Assembly (NCBI GenBank): GCA_040398845.1
Contig: JBBATH010000004.1
Location: 146,981-210,980 of the forward strand
Reading direction: 5' to 3'
DNA: 64,000 nucleotides
Source: Candidatus Nanopelagicales bacterium
GTDB lineage: Bacteria > Actinomycetota > Actinomycetes > S36-B12
The stretch's first letter is position 1. Each line of letters opens with the position of its first letter. Below, piece by piece: positions 45,851 to 57,509 of the stretch. The position numbers and the translations under genes were made by a program. Under the pieces are notes generated by a model. That model did no database searches. It saw nothing but the letters and a program-made list of their open reading frames with translations, and was not told where the DNA came from.

Positions 45851-47332
45851 ATGGGAGTACCCATCGTGACCCGTAGTCGCCCTCGGCTGCGCCAGCCTGC
45901 CGGTCTCACCACCCTCGCCATGATGGAGATGTGGGAGCGCTTCTCGTTCTACGGGATGGTTTCAATCCTCGTCCTTTACTTCATCGCCCCACCGGATGGT
46001 GGGAGTCCACCCGGGCCGGGGTTCGGATTCTCGAACGCGGATGCCGCGGCACTCTTCGGCTGCTACTCGGCGCTCATCTTCGCGACCCCGCTGGTCGGCG
46101 GTTGGATAGGCGACCGGCTTCTTGGCCCGCGCCGCACGCTCGTCATCGGGGCCGTGGTGATCGCCTCCGGCCATTTCGTTCTGCTCGTCCCCGGTGTCGG
46201 CTGGTTCTGGGCGGGGCTCATGTTCGTCGCGATGGGCACAGGGCTGCTCAAGCCAAACATCTCTGCAGTCCTCGCCGATCTCTACACCGAAGATGATCCG
46301 CGTCGCGATGGTGGCTTCTCCCTATTCTACATGGGAATCAACATCGGAGCGTTCTTGGCTCCGCTCATCTGCGGCTACATCGCGATGCAGGTCTCGTGGC
46401 GACTGGCCTTCTCCGTCGCAGGTTTCGGTATGGTCCTCGGTTTGATTCAGTACGCAATTGGACGCAGCCGTCTGGGCGTCGCGGTGCCGAAGCCTGCTGA
46501 CGCAAGCCAGCGTCAGAAGATCCTTCTTCTTGCCGCCGCCTCCGTCGCAGGAATCGCCTTCCTCTTCTGGGCAGTGATCTCTTCCGTTGGGTTCTCCGCC
46601 TCAGCCGTGACGGCCCTCGTCACCTTCCTCGTCATCGTCGTGTCGATCGTCGCATTCAGCCGGCTTCTCACCCGGCCCGGTTTCACCCCGCTCGAGAAGG
46701 CCAACCTGCGCGGATTTCTCGTTCTGTTCATCACCAGCGCTATCTACTTCGTGCTCTCATCCCAGGCCGGTTCGACCATCAATGAGTTCACCCAGCAGTG
46801 GATCAGGCGATCAGTTGGATCCTTCGAGATGCCGTCAAGTTGGCTGCTCAGCCTCAACCCAGTGCTCGTCGTCGTATTCGCACCTTTGTTCGCTCTCCTG
46901 TGGACCAGGCTCGCTCAGCGTGCTCCATCGACCCCGCTCAAGCTCGCCCTCTCGCTTGTCGGGGTCGGGCTCTCCTTCCTCATCATCGCCGTGCCGGGGT
47001 TTTCGGCGGATCAGGGGCAGTCATCTGCGCTTATGTGGGTGCTCGCGACCTTCCTCGTTCTCACTTGGGCCGAACTCCTCATCGTGCCGATTGCCCTATC
47101 GACAACGACGAAACTCGCGCCTCCCGGCCTCGCCGCCCAACTCCTCAGCCTGTGGTATCTCGCCGCTGCAGTCGGCGGCGCCGTCGGTGGTCAGGCGGCA
47201 CGCCTCGAGGAGCCCCTCGGCATGGGCTGGTACTTTCTCGCCTCGGGCCTGTTCGCGATGCTCCTCGGGCTGGTGTTCGTCCTGCTCCTGCCCCGACTCC
47301 GGCCACTGTTCGTCAGCAGCAGGCCTTTGTAG
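45851..47332 (+). CDS. POT/PTR2 family peptide:proton symporter
   Basis: LAMMEMWERFSFYGMVSILVLYF and GGWIGDRLLG PTR2 signatures, with about 14 predicted helices. Confidence 0.88.
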   Translation: MGVPIVTRSRPRLRQPAGLTTLAMMEMWERFSFYGMVSILVLYFIAPPDGGSPPGPGFGFSNADAAALFGCYSALIFATPLVGGWIGDRLLGPRRTLVIGAVVIASGHFVLLVPGVGWFWAGLMFVAMGTGLLKPNISAVLADLYTEDDPRRDGGFSLFYMGINIGAFLAPLICGYIAMQVSWRLAFSVAGFGMVLGLIQYAIGRSRLGVAVPKPADASQRQKILLLAAASVAGIAFLFWAVISSVGFSASAVTALVTFLVIVVSIVAFSRLLTRPGFTPLEKANLRGFLVLFITSAIYFVLSSQAGSTINEFTQQWIRRSVGSFEMPSSWLLSLNPVLVVVFAPLFALLWTRLAQRAPSTPLKLALSLVGVGLSFLIIAVPGFSADQGQSSALMWVLATFLVLTWAELLIVPIALSTTTKLAPPGLAAQLLSLWYLAAAVGGAVGGQAARLEEPLGMGWYFLASGLFAMLLGLVFVLLLPRLRPLFVSSRPL

Positions 47333-47334
47333 GC

Positions 47335-48675
47335 TCAGGCGCTGATGCGGATGAGCTTCCGGTTGAGGAACTCCTCGATACCAAGGGTGCCGAGCTCCCG
47401 ACCGAAGCCGGACCGCTTAGTCCCGCCGAACGGGAGTTCGGGCGCATCGAGGCCAACCCCGTTGATGAAGACCATGCCCGTGTCGAGGGCGTTCGCGACA
47501 CGCAGTGCCTGCTCGTCATCGGTCGTGAAGACATAGGAGCCAAGACCGTACGGAGTGTCGTTGGCAATGCGAATCGCGTCAGCCTCGTCCGTTGCGCGAA
47601 AGACCTGAGCCACTGGACCAAAGAGCTCTTCGTAGTACACCGGATTATCAGGAGTGACGTCGCTGAGCACGGCCGGCGGGAAGAAGGCCCCGTTTCGTTC
47701 GCCGTCGATTGACAGCGTGGCTCCGTTGGCCACCGCGCGAGAGACCTGGTCCGCGAGGATCTCCGCAGCGCGCTCCGAGCTGAGCGGAGTGCCGAGGTCG
47801 AGAACGAGCATCCGTGCCTTGAATCGCTCGACGAAATCGTCATACAGTCCGTCGATGACAACCATCCGCTTTGCCGCATTGCACGCCTGGCCAGTGTTGT
47901 CCGTTCGTCCCGTGATCGCCGCATCGACCGTGGCATCGAGGTCGTCCGTGCTCAGCACGATGAACGGGTCCGAGCCGCCGAGCTCAAGCACACACTTCTT
48001 CAGGTTGCGGCCGGCGATCTCAGCCACCGCGGCACCCGCCCGCTCGGAGCCGGTAAGTGAGACCCCGCGGATCGCCGGGTCGGCGATGATGGTGGCGATC
48101 TGCTCGTTGGTCGCGTAGACGTTGACGTAGACGCCCTCAGGCACGCCGGCTTCGGCGAAGATCGCCGCGATGACCGCAGCCGACTCGGGGCACTGCGGGG
48201 CATGCTTGAGCAAAACTGTGTTGCCTGCGACGAGATTGGGAGCCGCGAACCTCGCGACCTGGTAGGCGGGGAAATTCCAGGGCATGATCCCGAGCAGCGC
48301 GCCAACCGACGATGGCCGGATGAATGCCGACCCATCTCCACCCGCGAGTTCAACCGGCTTGTCGGCGAGCAGAGCCTCCGCGTTATCTGCGTAGTAGGCG
48401 TAGATAGTACCAGAGAACTCGACCTCACCCGTCGCATCGGCGAGGGGCTTGCCCATCTCCCGCACGATGATCGCGCCCAGTTCAGCAGCCCGCTCCTCAT
48501 GGAGCTCGCCGATCCGTCGCACGATGGCCGCACGATCGGCGATCGATCGCGCTGACCATGCAGCATGGGCGGATGACACCGAATCGACCGCTGTTCGAAT
48601 ATCCACGTCCGACGCCGTCGGGTAACTCTTCACGTGCTCGCCCGTGCTGGGATCGACGACCTCGTACAGACTCAT
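47335..48675 (-). CDS. aldehyde dehydrogenase family protein (succinate-semialdehyde dehydrogenase-like)
   Basis: ALDH motifs: VLELGGSDP with catalytic Glu, [11 protein letters not shown] with catalytic Cys, and EELFGPV. Start set at ATG 48675 (GGGAGAG upstream) within ORF 47335..48723. Confidence 0.85.
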   Translation of the reverse strand: MSLYEVVDPSTGEHVKSYPTASDVDIRTAVDSVSSAHAAWSARSIADRAAIVRRIGELHEERAAELGAIIVREMGKPLADATGEVEFSGTIYAYYADNAEALLADKPVELAGGDGSAFIRPSSVGALLGIMPWNFPAYQVARFAAPNLVAGNTVLLKHAPQCPESAAVIAAIFAEAGVPEGVYVNVYATNEQIATIIADPAIRGVSLTGSERAGAAVAEIAGRNLKKCVLELGGSDPFIVLSTDDLDATVDAAITGRTDNTGQACNAAKRMVVIDGLYDDFVERFKARMLVLDLGTPLSSERAAEILADQVSRAVANGATLSIDGERNGAFFPPAVLSDVTPDNPVYYEELFGPVAQVFRATDEADAIRIANDTPYGLGSYVFTTDDEQALRVANALDTGMVFINGVGLDAPELPFGGTKRSGFGRELGTLGIEEFLNRKLIRISA

Positions 48676-48795
48676 GGCTCTCCCTAATGTGATCCGATCA
48701 CGGCCCGCGGTGGCCATGGACAATTATGTGGGCAGTGCAGCAAGAACCGGCCAAGCAGGCTCGCGAAGCGCTCAGGATGCGGCTTTGTCACATTC

Positions 48796-48823
48796 GGGTT
48801 ACCTTGAAAAAGTAATTTCAACC
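48796..48823 (+). promoter_or_regulatory. promoter-like motif GGGTTAC-N16-CAACC upstream of fasciclin gene 2
   Basis: See 41862-41889. The blocks and spacing are identical. The motif lies 19 nt before GTG 48842. Confidence 0.4.
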
Positions 48824-48841
48824 ATCACAGGGAGCAACAAC

Positions 48842-49450
48842 GTGAAAATCATTTCTATCGCCGCAATCGCGCTGGCCGGAGCGCTCAGCCTCGCAGCATG
48901 CAGTAGCTCGACAGACGAAACGGCCGCAGCACCCGCAGCATCCACAACCGCTGCCTCAGAAATGCCCATGGCCGCCTCAGAAATGCCCATGGCCGCCTCA
49001 GAAATGCCCATGGCCGCAGGCGACATCATCGACATCGCAAGCACCACTGATGGCTTCGCTACGCTCACCGCCGCCGTCACCGCGGGCGGCCTTGTCGAGA
49101 CCCTCAAGGGTGCGGGCCCGTTCACGGTGTTCGCACCGACTGACGCAGCATTTGCAGCACTTCCGGCCGGCGTCCTCGACGCACTGCTGCTGCCGGAGAA
49201 CAAGGATGCCCTCGCCAAGATTCTTGCGTACCACGTGGTTGCCGGCAAGGTCATGGCAGCTGACGTGACCGATGGCGACGTCGCGACCGTCGAAGGCCAG
49301 AACGTGACCCTGTCGACCGCTGATGGCGTCACCGTCAACGGCGCAAAGGTCGTCCAGGCTGATGTCGTGACCTCCAATGGCGTTATCCATGCCATCGATG
49401 CCGTCATCCTGCCCCCGGATGTCGACGTCGCGGCGCTTCTCGCGAAGTAG
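48842..49450 (+). CDS. fasciclin (FAS1) domain lipoprotein, paralog 2, with Met-rich linker repeat
   Basis: [20 protein letters not shown] lipobox and a FAS1 body nearly colinear with paralog 1 ([28 protein letters not shown]..). Start set at GTG 48842 within ORF 48644..49450. Confidence 0.88.
   Translation: MKIISIAAIALAGALSLAACSSSTDETAAAPAASTTAASEMPMAASEMPMAASEMPMAAGDIIDIASTTDGFATLTAAVTAGGLVETLKGAGPFTVFAPTDAAFAALPAGVLDALLLPENKDALAKILAYHVVAGKVMAADVTDGDVATVEGQNVTLSTADGVTVNGAKVVQADVVTSNGVIHAIDAVILPPDVDVAALLAK
48953..49015 (+). repeat. perfect 3 x 21-bp in-frame tandem repeat gcctcagaaatgcccatggcc encoding (ASEMPMA)3
   Basis: Units start at 48953, 48974 and 48995 and are identical base for base. 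They sit inside the linker of fasciclin paralog 2. Confidence 0.95.
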
Positions 49451-49469
49451 TCAACTGATTGAAACCACG

Positions 49470-49510
49470 CGTATGGGGAGGGCCGAAAGGCCCTCCCCAT
49501 ACGTCGTTCT
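49470..49510 (+). terminator. rho-independent terminator of fasciclin gene 2
   Basis: 15-bp perfect stem CGTATGGGGAGGGCC / GGCCCTCCCCATACG with loop GAAA, followed by a T-rich tail TCGTTCT. The stem core ATGGGGAGGGC is shared with the paralog 1 terminator. Confidence 0.7.
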
Positions 49511-49632
49511 GGGGGTTCCCGACGGTTTAACTGGAGAGTAAACTGACGGCAATGATGTCCGTCAGACCAATGCCACCGACAGATGTATTGCCGCGCATCG
49601 CGTCGGACTGACCCAGGCTCCTAGCGCCGTCG

Positions 49633-49890
49633 CTAGGCATTTACCCGATGTTCGATGACATGCACCACGTTGCGCTTCACACCGTCGTCGATTTCGTAGA
49701 TGACGCGGTAGTCGCCACGACGAGCAACGTGCAGCCCCTCTAATTCGAAACGCAGCGGCTTCCCAACGCGTTGAGGATTGTCGGCTAGTGGTCCGTACAC
49801 GAATTCGATAGCAGCAGTCGCCACCTTCTCGGGCAGCACGGTCAGTGACCTCGACGCGGTTGCTGTCCACGCGACCTGCCACGTGGTCAC
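49633..49890 (-). CDS. RelE/ParE family toxin (module 2)
   Basis: ..ADNPQRVGKPLRFELEGLHVARRGDYRVIYEIDD..VVHVIEHR. Has a 4-nt overlap with the upstream antitoxin. Confidence 0.88.
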   Translation of the reverse strand: MTTWQVAWTATASRSLTVLPEKVATAAIEFVYGPLADNPQRVGKPLRFELEGLHVARRGDYRVIYEIDDGVKRNVVHVIEHRVNA

Positions 49891-50168
49891 TCCGCAAGAC
49901 CGACCCGGCGAGCGGCCTCCTCCTTGGTCAACGGCACCGCTTCGTCGCGCTCCGCACGCGAGGCGCGCACCTGCGCCAGCAGCGCGGGGTCGGACAGCAC
50001 CCGCAGGGTTTCCTCGAGCGAGTCAAGGTCGTCCACGCTTATGACAACAGCAGCGGGTCGGCCGTGCTTGGTAATCGTCACCCTCGCGTGCTGCGTTTCC
50101 ACCTGCTCGACGACCTCTGACAGGCGGTTTTTGACCTCAGCTAACGGCAACTGCTCTGCGAGACTCAT
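49887..50168 (-). CDS. Phd/YefM family antitoxin (module 2)
   Basis: LPLAEVKNRLSEVVEQVETQHARVTITKHGRPAAVVISVDDLDSLEETLRVLSD. Confidence 0.88.
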   Translation of the reverse strand: MSLAEQLPLAEVKNRLSEVVEQVETQHARVTITKHGRPAAVVISVDDLDSLEETLRVLSDPALLAQVRASRAERDEAVPLTKEEAARRVGLAE

Positions 50169-50173
50169 AGCTA

Positions 50174-50189
50174 TAAGTATGGCTACTTA
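50174..50189 (-). promoter_or_regulatory. inverted repeat TAAGTA-N4-TACTTA just upstream of the phd (module 2) start
   Basis: Perfect 6-bp arms located 5 nt from ATG 50168. This is a candidate autoregulatory operator. Confidence 0.3.
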
Positions 50190-50336
50190 CCCGACCCCGT
50201 CAAGAGTTCGGCGAGACTCATGGAACTCGTCCGTGACCGCAAGACCGCTTCATCAGGGAACTCGGACGACCGACCGGCGCGACACTTGAGCGCACCGGCA
50301 GCCTCGGACTTGGTCCGTTCCTGACCTGTCCATCTT

Positions 50337-50365
50337 TTGACTCGATCCAAGGATCGGCCTAACCT
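50337..50365 (+). promoter_or_regulatory. candidate leaderless furA promoter with embedded palindrome
   Basis: TTGACT (50337-42), a 17-nt spacer, TAACCT (50360-65), then 6 nt to ATG 50372. The spacer contains the perfect palindrome CGATCCAAGGATCG (50343-56). Confidence 0.5.
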
Positions 50366-50371
50366 ACGGAC

Positions 50372-53052
<2,681 letters not shown>

Positions 53053-53086
53053 TCCAAAGGGCCTCATTCGAGGCCGATGTCACCGA

Positions 53087-53121
53087 GCTTGCTGGTTCTC
53101 CAGCAAGCCCGGTGCTTTTTT
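53087..53121 (+). terminator. probable katG terminator
   Basis: Stem GCTTGCTGG / CCAGCAAGC with loop TTCT, followed 7 nt later by TTTTTT. A smaller hairpin GGCCTC-ATTC-GAGGCC lies at 53060-53075. Confidence 0.5.
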
Positions 53122-53185
53122 GGGGTGCTGTCGCACTGCCAGCAATGCTCGTGTGCTGAGCACAGCGTTACCTGTGTCCGTCCAG

Positions 53186-53244
53186 TACTATTTGCGGGTT
53201 GCAGTGAGTACAATCTGCGGATTAAATCGGGTATAATCTGCGGA
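53186..53244 (+). repeat. three direct repeats TAyWATyTGCGGr with exact 23-nt phasing upstream of DUF4143 gene 2
   Basis: TACTATTTGCGGG (53186), TACAATCTGCGGA (53209) and TATAATCTGCGGA (53232). The last copy contains TATAAT and ends 22 nt before ATG 53266. Confidence 0.7.
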
Positions 53245-53265
53245 ACTGACAACCCGGGAGTCGGC

Positions 53266-54516
53266 ATGGCATATCAAGCCCGCATCGCTGATGGCGAACT
53301 TGCGGCACGACTGGAGTCATCCGGCGCAGTACTCATTGAGGGGCCTAAAGCATGCGGAAAGACTGAGACCGCTCGCCAGCAGGCCGCTTCGGAGGTTCGT
53401 CTAGACGTCGACGGCCAACAACGTGCCGCCGCAGAAATCACCCCAGAACTCGTCCTCGATCGCCCTGCCCCACTCTTGATAGCCGAGTGGCAACTCGTGC
53501 CGTCAATTTGGGCCCACGTCCGCCGTGCCGTCGATGACCGCCAAGCACGCGGGCAGTTCATCCTTACCGGGTCAGCCACACCGAACGACGATGTATCCCG
53601 ACATTCAGGAGCCGGTCGGATCGCAGTCATGCGGTTGCGGCCCATGTGCCTCGCAGAATCCGGGCGCAGCACGGCGACGGTGTCCTTGACGAAACTGCTA
53701 GACGACAGCACACAGACTGCGGCTGACCCTGGCTTGACAGTGCCTGACCTTGCCACAGCGATCACCGTGGGTGGATGGCCGGCGGAACAGCGAACTCCCC
53801 CCGCGACTGTGTCCCGCAGCCTGCGCGACTATCTGACTCAGATCAGCCATGTGGATGTTGCAGCAGTGTCGGGAGGGCGCCGAGACCCGTCGAAGGTCGA
53901 TGCACTGCTGCGATCCTTGGCTCGAAATACGGCAAGCAAGGCCACGATCACAACACTCACGATCGATGCCACCGGACCTGGGGAAACGCTGGACCGCGAC
54001 TCCGTCAGTGGCTACCTCGCAATCCTCGAGCGCTTGATGGTTGTGGAGGACCAGCCGGCCTGGGCGCCGGCTATGCGTTCACGCGTGCAATTGCGCTCTT
54101 CTCCCAAACGACACTTCGTCGACCCGTCGCTGGCGGTGGCAGCGCTGCACGCCTCACCTGCCCTGCTTCTGGGCGATCTCGAGTCGATGGGGTTGCTTTT
54201 CGAATCCTTGGTGGTGCGCGACTTGCGGGTACTGGCGCAGCCGATCGACGGGCAAGTGCGGCATTACCGGGACAACAAGGGCCTTGAAGTCGACGCCATC
54301 GTGACCTGTGACGACGGCCGGTGGGGAGCCTTCGAGATCAAGCTCAGCTCCATGGGCATCGATGCGGCGGCGAAGAATCTTCTTGCGCTCGCGACCAAGA
54401 TTGACCGGGTTGCCTGTGGCGAACCGGGTGTACTCGCCGTTGTCACCGGCGCCGGCCTTGCCTACCGGCGTAAGGACGGAGTGCACGTCGTCCCTATCGG
54501 CACGCTGGGTCCCTGA
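53266..54516 (+). CDS. AAA+ ATP-binding protein with DUF4143 domain, paralog 2
   Basis: MAYQARIADGELAARLESSGAVLIEGPKACGKTETA (Walker A), LLIAEWQLVP, FILTGSA and a DUF4143-like C-terminal half. ATG 53266 was chosen within ORF 53077..54516. Confidence 0.85.
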   Translation: MAYQARIADGELAARLESSGAVLIEGPKACGKTETARQQAASEVRLDVDGQQRAAAEITPELVLDRPAPLLIAEWQLVPSIWAHVRRAVDDRQARGQFILTGSATPNDDVSRHSGAGRIAVMRLRPMCLAESGRSTATVSLTKLLDDSTQTAADPGLTVPDLATAITVGGWPAEQRTPPATVSRSLRDYLTQISHVDVAAVSGGRRDPSKVDALLRSLARNTASKATITTLTIDATGPGETLDRDSVSGYLAILERLMVVEDQPAWAPAMRSRVQLRSSPKRHFVDPSLAVAALHASPALLLGDLESMGLLFESLVVRDLRVLAQPIDGQVRHYRDNKGLEVDAIVTCDDGRWGAFEIKLSSMGIDAAAKNLLALATKIDRVACGEPGVLAVVTGAGLAYRRKDGVHVVPIGTLGP

Positions 54517-54660
54517 CGCCGGCTCAGTGCGAAGCAGCCGTTGAGGCGATCCGCTGAGAAGCACCAGTCTCTTTTCAATCCCGAGCACCTTGGGAAGAAC
54601 GGCCCCGGAACATGCGCTGTCACATGAGTAGAGTCACGAAATGGAAAGAAGCAATTCGCG

Positions 54661-55371
54661 GTGATCGCCACAGGAACTCCCGGTGAGGCCGCCCATGCGC
54701 GGCAAATCTACGTGGGGTGGGTGACTGCCGGGATCGAACGCTGCGAACGCGTGGTGACCTCGCTCAGTGATGCGGAGTTTGCCGAACCCAGTCGCCTGCC
54801 AGGTTGGACGAGGGCACATGTCATCGCTCACATCGACGGCAATGCCAGAGGCCTTGGCAATCTCGTGACCTGGGCAAGGGCTGGCATTGAGACCCCGATG
54901 TATACCTCGATGGAGCAGCGGGATGCCGACATAGAGGCGGGAGCCCTGCTCGCTCCCCAGGAACTGCGAGCCCGCCTCGTGCAGTCGAGTGCCCGGCTTG
55001 CAGATGGGTTCAAGAGTCTCCGTGAGGAAGATTGGTCAGTGCAGGTGCGCACGGCCCAAGGGCGGATGATCGCCGCGCGGGAGGTCATTTGGCTTCGGGC
55101 CCGTGAGCTCATGATCCACGCAGTCGATCTCGGGGGCGATGTCACCTTCGAAGACCTACCCGATGACTTCCTCATCGCACTTACCGATGAAGTCGTGGCG
55201 CGTCGAGGGACTCTGCCGGATCATCCTGCGATCGCGCTACGGGCGGGTGAGCACCGCTGGGACATCAGCGGCGAGGGTGCACCCGCTGTGGTCGACGGCA
55301 CGCTCCCCCAGATCGCTGCATATGTCACCGGACGCAGTTCACGTGAGCCCGCGCTACCTGGCTGGCTCTAG
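54661..55371 (+). CDS. maleylpyruvate isomerase family mycothiol-dependent enzyme (DinB fold)
   Basis: ..SDAEFAEPSRLPGWTRAHVIAHIDGNARGLGNLVTWA..MYTSMEQRDADIE..RELMIHAVDLG.. matches the actinobacterial mycothiol-dependent family signature. Confidence 0.8.
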   Translation: MIATGTPGEAAHARQIYVGWVTAGIERCERVVTSLSDAEFAEPSRLPGWTRAHVIAHIDGNARGLGNLVTWARAGIETPMYTSMEQRDADIEAGALLAPQELRARLVQSSARLADGFKSLREEDWSVQVRTAQGRMIAAREVIWLRARELMIHAVDLGGDVTFEDLPDDFLIALTDEVVARRGTLPDHPAIALRAGEHRWDISGEGAPAVVDGTLPQIAAYVTGRSSREPALPGWL

Positions 55372-55403
55372 ACATCAGAAGAGTCTCGTCGAGCAGCAGC
55401 GCC

Positions 55404-55739
55404 TCACGCCGCATAGACGACCTGCGCCTGGGCTAGGACCGCGTCCCTCAATCGAGCATGAAGCGCCCCCTTGGAGATCAGGTCGACCGGCCGGCCAAGC
55501 ACCTGTTCGAGATCGTCAGAGAGGTCGTTGATCGCCCACCCAAGGTGGACCCCATCGCGCAGCACGTACAGGACGTCAATATCGCTGTCAGGACGCGCTT
55601 CACCAGTGACAACCGATCCGAAGACGGCAAGCTCGGCAACGCCGTATTTCTCGCACGCCGCGCCGAGCGCGGCGAGATCAATGCCGGCCAGGGAAGACAA
55701 GTCGGCCACGATAGCGTCCATAGGGCGCTCTATCCGCAT
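55404..55739 (-). CDS. MntA-like minimal nucleotidyltransferase (no HepT/DUF86 partner present)
   Basis: ..YGVAELAVFGSVVTGEARPDSDIDVLYVL...LGRPVDLISKGAL.. shows the GSxxxGE...DxD NTase core. Start ATG 55739 (or 55721) within ORF 55404..55796. Lies 31 nt downstream of hipA on the same strand. Confidence 0.8.
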   Translation of the reverse strand: MRIERPMDAIVADLSSLAGIDLAALGAACEKYGVAELAVFGSVVTGEARPDSDIDVLYVLRDGVHLGWAINDLSDDLEQVLGRPVDLISKGALHARLRDAVLAQAQVVYAA

Positions 55740-55770
55740 GGAGGTCTCTGAATTCTCGACCAGCCGGGGT

Positions 55771-57108
55771 TCAGTGCTGGTTGCCGATCGCACCAAGCGA
55801 CCACGGCCGCAGTCTGCTCAGGCAGCTGGTGACGTGGGCTGCGATCGCGTCCGCGAGCCGATCCGGGAGGGGTGAGTCCCACCGGCCTCGAGACACCTCG
55901 ATCACCTCCCGAGACTCGTCAAGAAGCTGCTCGCTCATGCGTCGAACTCGCCGGAGCACCTCGCCGGGATCCACGCGGCAATCACGAGCGAGCTCGTCCC
56001 AGGCTTCGCGTCCGATCGCGTCAGGATCCCTCTCGCTGAATCCGATCCTCATGCTGAGGCTGACCGAGCGGTCACCGCGGTAGGGCAGATAAGAGTTGAG
56101 GTCGTACAGCGGGGCTAGTCGCGTCGCGGTGCGGCTGTGCAGCAGCGAATAGTTGCGCGCGTGCGCATCCGTGCCGACGACGAGCCAGTTGAAGGCGAGT
56201 GCATCGATGAAGTAATCGACGTCATGTTCTGCGTGACCGCCGGTTACCTGCTGTCGAAGCAGACGAGTGATGTCGATGACGTCCCGGCCCGCCTGCGCCT
56301 CGTACTTGCGGGTGGGCGACAAGCCCCTCGCCTGAACAGTGTCCTCCTGATGTATTCGGAGCCATTCGTCGCGAGAATCCTGGCGTCGGTCGAACCGGGT
56401 GACGATGAGTGCGCGCTCACCGTCGAATTCGGCCACTTCTGTCGGTGCGACCGGAAGCCCGACCGAAGCAGCCAGCCTCATTGTGAGGTGCTCGTTCAGG
56501 TCTTGATCGGCCAGCGCTGGGATTGCGGGCTTGAAGATGTGGGTCGATGGCACCTGTCCAGTCGACGCAGCCCACCCCGTGCTCGTGCGAGCGAGGGCGA
56601 ATTTGGCCTGCGCACCGGCGAGACTGAACTGACCCTGTGCGCTCGAAGCGGCCCAGGCTGTCGAGTCGGTGGCAATCTCGCGCAGCCGGTCACCTATCTG
56701 TTGGTCAGTGACCCGCTCAAACCCGCCAATTGATGGCGACGTCTCTGGGTGGACGAACGCGGCCGCTCCGGCGACGTCCTGACCAACGTGCCACAGCATC
56801 GCGTACGGGTCCAGGCGCTTGATGCCGTATAGCGCGCGCCAGCGGTTGAGCACCTCGCTCCGGTCGGGCAGGAGTCCTCCGAGCCAATGCGAGACCACCT
56901 GGCCGGAGTGCTGGCGGATGGAAACGGGGAGGCTGCACGACAGACCACCAGTTACCTCGCGTGCGTCGTCGGCGTAGGTGAGCTTGACCGCTCGCGCGTT
57001 GGGGCTGTCGAGCGCAGCTATGACACGGCCGTGCATGAAGACGTCGAGACGTCTCCCCACTTCGCCCGAGCGCAGCGGCCCTGGTGGCTGTCGGTGCTGC
57101 TTGCTCAC
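55771..57108 (-). CDS. hipA: HipA family serine/threonine kinase toxin
   Basis: LDVFMHGRVIAAL..(N-terminal coupling domain), FSLAGAQAKFAL, and the catalytic loop GTDAHARNYSLL. Its GTG start overlaps the hipB-like stop (GTGA). Confidence 0.88.
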   Translation of the reverse strand: MSKQHRQPPGPLRSGEVGRRLDVFMHGRVIAALDSPNARAVKLTYADDAREVTGGLSCSLPVSIRQHSGQVVSHWLGGLLPDRSEVLNRWRALYGIKRLDPYAMLWHVGQDVAGAAAFVHPETSPSIGGFERVTDQQIGDRLREIATDSTAWAASSAQGQFSLAGAQAKFALARTSTGWAASTGQVPSTHIFKPAIPALADQDLNEHLTMRLAASVGLPVAPTEVAEFDGERALIVTRFDRRQDSRDEWLRIHQEDTVQARGLSPTRKYEAQAGRDVIDITRLLRQQVTGGHAEHDVDYFIDALAFNWLVVGTDAHARNYSLLHSRTATRLAPLYDLNSYLPYRGDRSVSLSMRIGFSERDPDAIGREAWDELARDCRVDPGEVLRRVRRMSEQLLDESREVIEVSRGRWDSPLPDRLADAIAAHVTSCLSRLRPWSLGAIGNQH

Positions 57109-57440
57109 GTTCGGCTCACGCCAGTTCGAAAGGTTGCCAGGTATGCGTCGAGATCGATGTCGTCCTGGTTCGCAATGGGACCCAATGGCGGAACGGATGA
57201 GACGTCGTCGACGAGGTCAGCGCGGAGGGGGACATCGAGTGCGTTCAACAGGGCAAGGACGCGCCACACTTCGGCGTTGGGATGCCGGCCACCCTCAAGC
57301 AGGTTGACCAGACGCCGCGAGACACCGGCGGCATCAGCCGCCTCCTGCTGACTCCAACCGTTCCGCGCACGGGCGGCGCGCAAAATCTGGCTAAGGTCAG
57401 TAACGTCCTCGATCTCCACGGTGCCGCCTCCCTCTGTCAC
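57105..57440 (-). CDS. hipB: XRE-type HTH antitoxin, HipB-like
   Basis: LSQILRAARARNGWSQQEAADAAGVSRRLVNLLEGG is a typical HTH. Translationally coupled to hipA. The start could instead be the internal GTG at 57419. Confidence 0.8.
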   Translation of the reverse strand: MTEGGGTVEIEDVTDLSQILRAARARNGWSQQEAADAAGVSRRLVNLLEGGRHPNAEVWRVLALLNALDVPLRADLVDDVSSVPPLGPIANQDDIDLDAYLATFRTGVSRT

Positions 57441-57509
57441 GGATCTGTTACGTCCGTAGAAGAGTCATAGTACCGACACATTGGGTGAATGTCTTGGAAC
57501 CATTACATC

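Noticed and set aside
48953-49015. The 3 x 21-bp perfect repeat as a non-coding minisatellite or CRISPR-like element
   Set aside because: It lies inside, and in frame with, the fasciclin lipoprotein ORF. It encodes a sensible linker peptide and has no spacers.
42537-49510. The two similar GGGGAGGGC hairpins as copies of a REP/MITE-like dispersed element
   Set aside because: Only two copies were seen. Each lies immediately after one of the two paralogous fasciclin genes, so they are best explained as terminators inherited with the gene duplication.
57439-57457. ACGGA-N9-TCCGT dyad at the hipB-like start as a HipB operator
   Set aside because: Its arms are only 5 bp. It overlaps the uncertain start codon and does not resemble the TATCC-N8-GGATA type operator I know from E. 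coli hipBA. The evidence is too weak to call.
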